DNA of 28,427 nucleotides from an uncultured Verrucomicrobiales bacterium (GTDB lineage Bacteria; Verrucomicrobiota; Verrucomicrobiia; Verrucomicrobiales; DEV007): NCBI GenBank assembly GCA_938091905.1, contig CALKOM010000091.1, positions 1 to 28,427 of the forward strand, read 5' to 3'. Shown piece by piece: positions 26,679 to 28,427 of this stretch (position 1 is its first letter; each line of letters starts with the position of its first letter). The notes under the pieces were generated by a model. It saw only the letters and a program-made list of their open reading frames with translations, ran no database searches and was not told where the DNA came from. The position numbers and the translations under genes were made by a program.

Positions 26679-28427
26679 TCAGTTGGCCGACCTCAGTCAC
26701 TCGCCGAAGTGAGATCTTTCCACGAGACACGATGTCAGGCACCGCGAGGCCTTTGGTCGTCTCTTGGTAAGTCCCGGTCAAAAACCCCATTCCGGGGCCG
26801 TCGTCGAAGCTGATGAACAGCTCTCTCGTGATGGAGTAGCCCGTCCCCAGCTGGGGGTGATACACATGTCTGAAAGGATTACTGCGATGAAATGGATCAA
26901 CTCTTAGATGTGATGGAGGCATCGTTCTAAGTGTATTACCGGCTTCGAGCTGTCCATCGAGCGGCAGGGACAAAAGATAGATCTCTGCAAGCTCGGTTGG
27001 GCGTTGCTTACTCGTATCGATGTAAATCTCGCTCTCTTCATCGGTGGGAGATCCCGGCTCCGCGGCATCAGTAACCTCCTCCTTGAAGCTAGCTGGCTGT
27101 CCAGCCAGATCTCTCGGCATTGCGAAGAAAGGTGTCTCGAGGCGGTAGCCAACTCTTTTCCCTTCGCGTTGCTGAATTCCCTCAAATTGTGGGATCTGTT
27201 TTTCGTCCACTACCAAGACGAACTCCGGAGTTGCCTCTGGATCGGCCGTTTTTGTCTGCATGATCATGACGTGGGAGAGCAAGCTCACATTTTTTGAATC
27301 ATCCACATGGATGAGTATCGTCATCGCTGGTTTCGAGGTCGTTGGAGTGACCGGTCGCCCGTCCTCCGTGAGGCTGGTGACCTGGTCGATCACAATCTGT
27401 CCTGACCACAAGCCTATGGATGCGTCCGGAGTAGTAAGAGGATCGGGACTTGGATCGTCGCTGTTGGGAAGATCAGGATTCGAGGCCACCGCCGGCATGT
27501 AGTAGTAGGCGCTTCCACCATCGCCACCTCCCAGCTGCACAGTGACTTTCAGGAGCTGCTCACGCAACTTGTCGCCCGTAGTCCAACTAGGCAAAGCCCC
27601 CAGCGACACTGTTTGGCTAGTGTTCGCAGCGAGAGTAACCGCCTCCCACGCTGGTTGGAGAGATGCTCCTGGAATAGCTCGCCACGCCAGTTCGTTCGGG
27701 ATGGGCTGTATGGGAAGTATTTGTAAGCCAGTTTGGTCGGGTTCCCCTGGCAGTGGGGGGATTTGCTCAATCTCGACAGAGTGCGCTGTCGTGTCGTCAA
27801 GGTTAGAAAATGTTAATTCGCGCCGGAGGACTAGAACTGGAGAGGGTTCTTCACCCGGAAAGTTTTCAATCTTGAGATCACCTGGTCCATCCCCAAAATT
27901 TAATCTACCGGTGGTTGTTCCAAAAAAATCGATAGCTACCGGGCAAGAGTAAGTATTGGAGATGAGGTCAAAGGGGGCATTAATCCAGTAGGCACGGCCA
28001 GATTCAACCGGATCCCCACCGCTGACGGTAATCCAGTTACCCGTCGCTGATTCGAGCTTGAGAACCGTCGGTTGCGCTGGGGCAACACTGAGATCGTTGA
28101 CGAGTACTCCGGCGGCACCCAACAGCGAGTCGAAGGTTGGCTGCCCCTCGACTCCAAAACCAACTAGGTTGTAGCTACCTTTGAGCCAACTCAATCGCGT
28201 GAAATCAACCTTTCCCCGGACCGAGATAGTTCCGGCAGGGTCACCATTGGTTTTTCCTTCAACAGCAACCACATGGACCATGTAGGCGTGGTTACCTCGC
28301 GCTGAGATCACGGCTCCCTCGCCAGACTCCGGATTTCTCGACCAGATTTCCCAACTATCTGAGTTGTATGAATTGCTGAGAGCATTGGGATCGTCCACAA
28401 AATTTGCTGGGCCAGCACCCAGAGACC
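26671..28427 (-). CDS. Hypothetical exported protein, 5'-partial, with NPFRHVYHP motif
   Basis: The frame stays open from the window edge (SLGAGPANFVDDP...), so GTG 28398 is probably not the true start. The protein is beta-rich, with GLWSGQI, ILIHVD and DPFHRSNPFRHVYHP. Its stop abuts the giant gene. Confidence 0.8.
   Translation of the reverse strand, partial: SLGAGPANFVDDPNALSNSYNSDSWEIWSRNPESGEGAVISARGNHAYMVHVVAVEGKTNGDPAGTISVRGKVDFTRLSWLKGSYNLVGFGVEGQPTFDSLLGAAGVLVNDLSVAPAQPTVLKLESATGNWITVSGGDPVESGRAYWINAPFDLISNTYSCPVAIDFFGTTTGRLNFGDGPGDLKIENFPGEEPSPVLVLRRELTFSNLDDTTAHSVEIEQIPPLPGEPDQTGLQILPIQPIPNELAWRAIPGASLQPAWEAVTLAANTSQTVSLGALPSWTTGDKLREQLLKVTVQLGGGDGGSAYYYMPAVASNPDLPNSDDPSPDPLTTPDASIGLWSGQIVIDQVTSLTEDGRPVTPTTSKPAMTILIHVDDSKNVSLLSHVMIMQTKTADPEATPEFVLVVDEKQIPQFEGIQQREGKRVGYRLETPFFAMPRDLAGQPASFKEEVTDAAEPGSPTDEESEIYIDTSKQRPTELAEIYLLSLPLDGQLEAGNTLRTMPPSHLRVDPFHRSNPFRHVYHPQLGTGYSITRELFISFDDGPGMGFLTGTYQETTKGLAVPDIVSRGKISLRRVTEVGQLIE

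Noticed and set aside
11508..28163. Many short antisense or alternate-frame ORFs inside the large genes
   Set aside because: They are shadow ORFs of long coding sequences with no independent motifs.

Overview
Bacterial window, probably Verrucomicrobia-like (inferred from protein C-terminal motifs and DxDGDG repeats). The right 17.5 kb (10.9-28.4 kb, minus strand) is an intact four-gene cluster for exported proteins. It comprises a 5'-partial hypothetical with an NPFRHVYHP motif, a ~3760 aa giant, a ~1070 aa protein with an internal RTX/T1SS-like module, and a parvulin lipoprotein. The giant has a signal peptide, a string of glycan-binding modules (L-lectin, LamG x2, malectin-like, PA14) and a C-terminal helical hairpin plus terminal domain resembling Tc-toxin A subunits. 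No TcB/TcC partner is present in the window, making this cluster the best candidate for an undescribed system. The left 10.5 kb is a decaying, rearranged region around an intact H-NOX plus HNOBA hybrid kinase pair. It holds an IS630 end, two ABC-ATPase tail fragments, a degraded IS21 fused to a headless Calx-beta adhesin, a possible att remnant, and a direct-repeat-flanked GC-rich segment carrying an alpha/beta-hydrolase lipoprotein and a nonsense-interrupted ecotin. All family calls come from motif recognition by eye; no searches were run.
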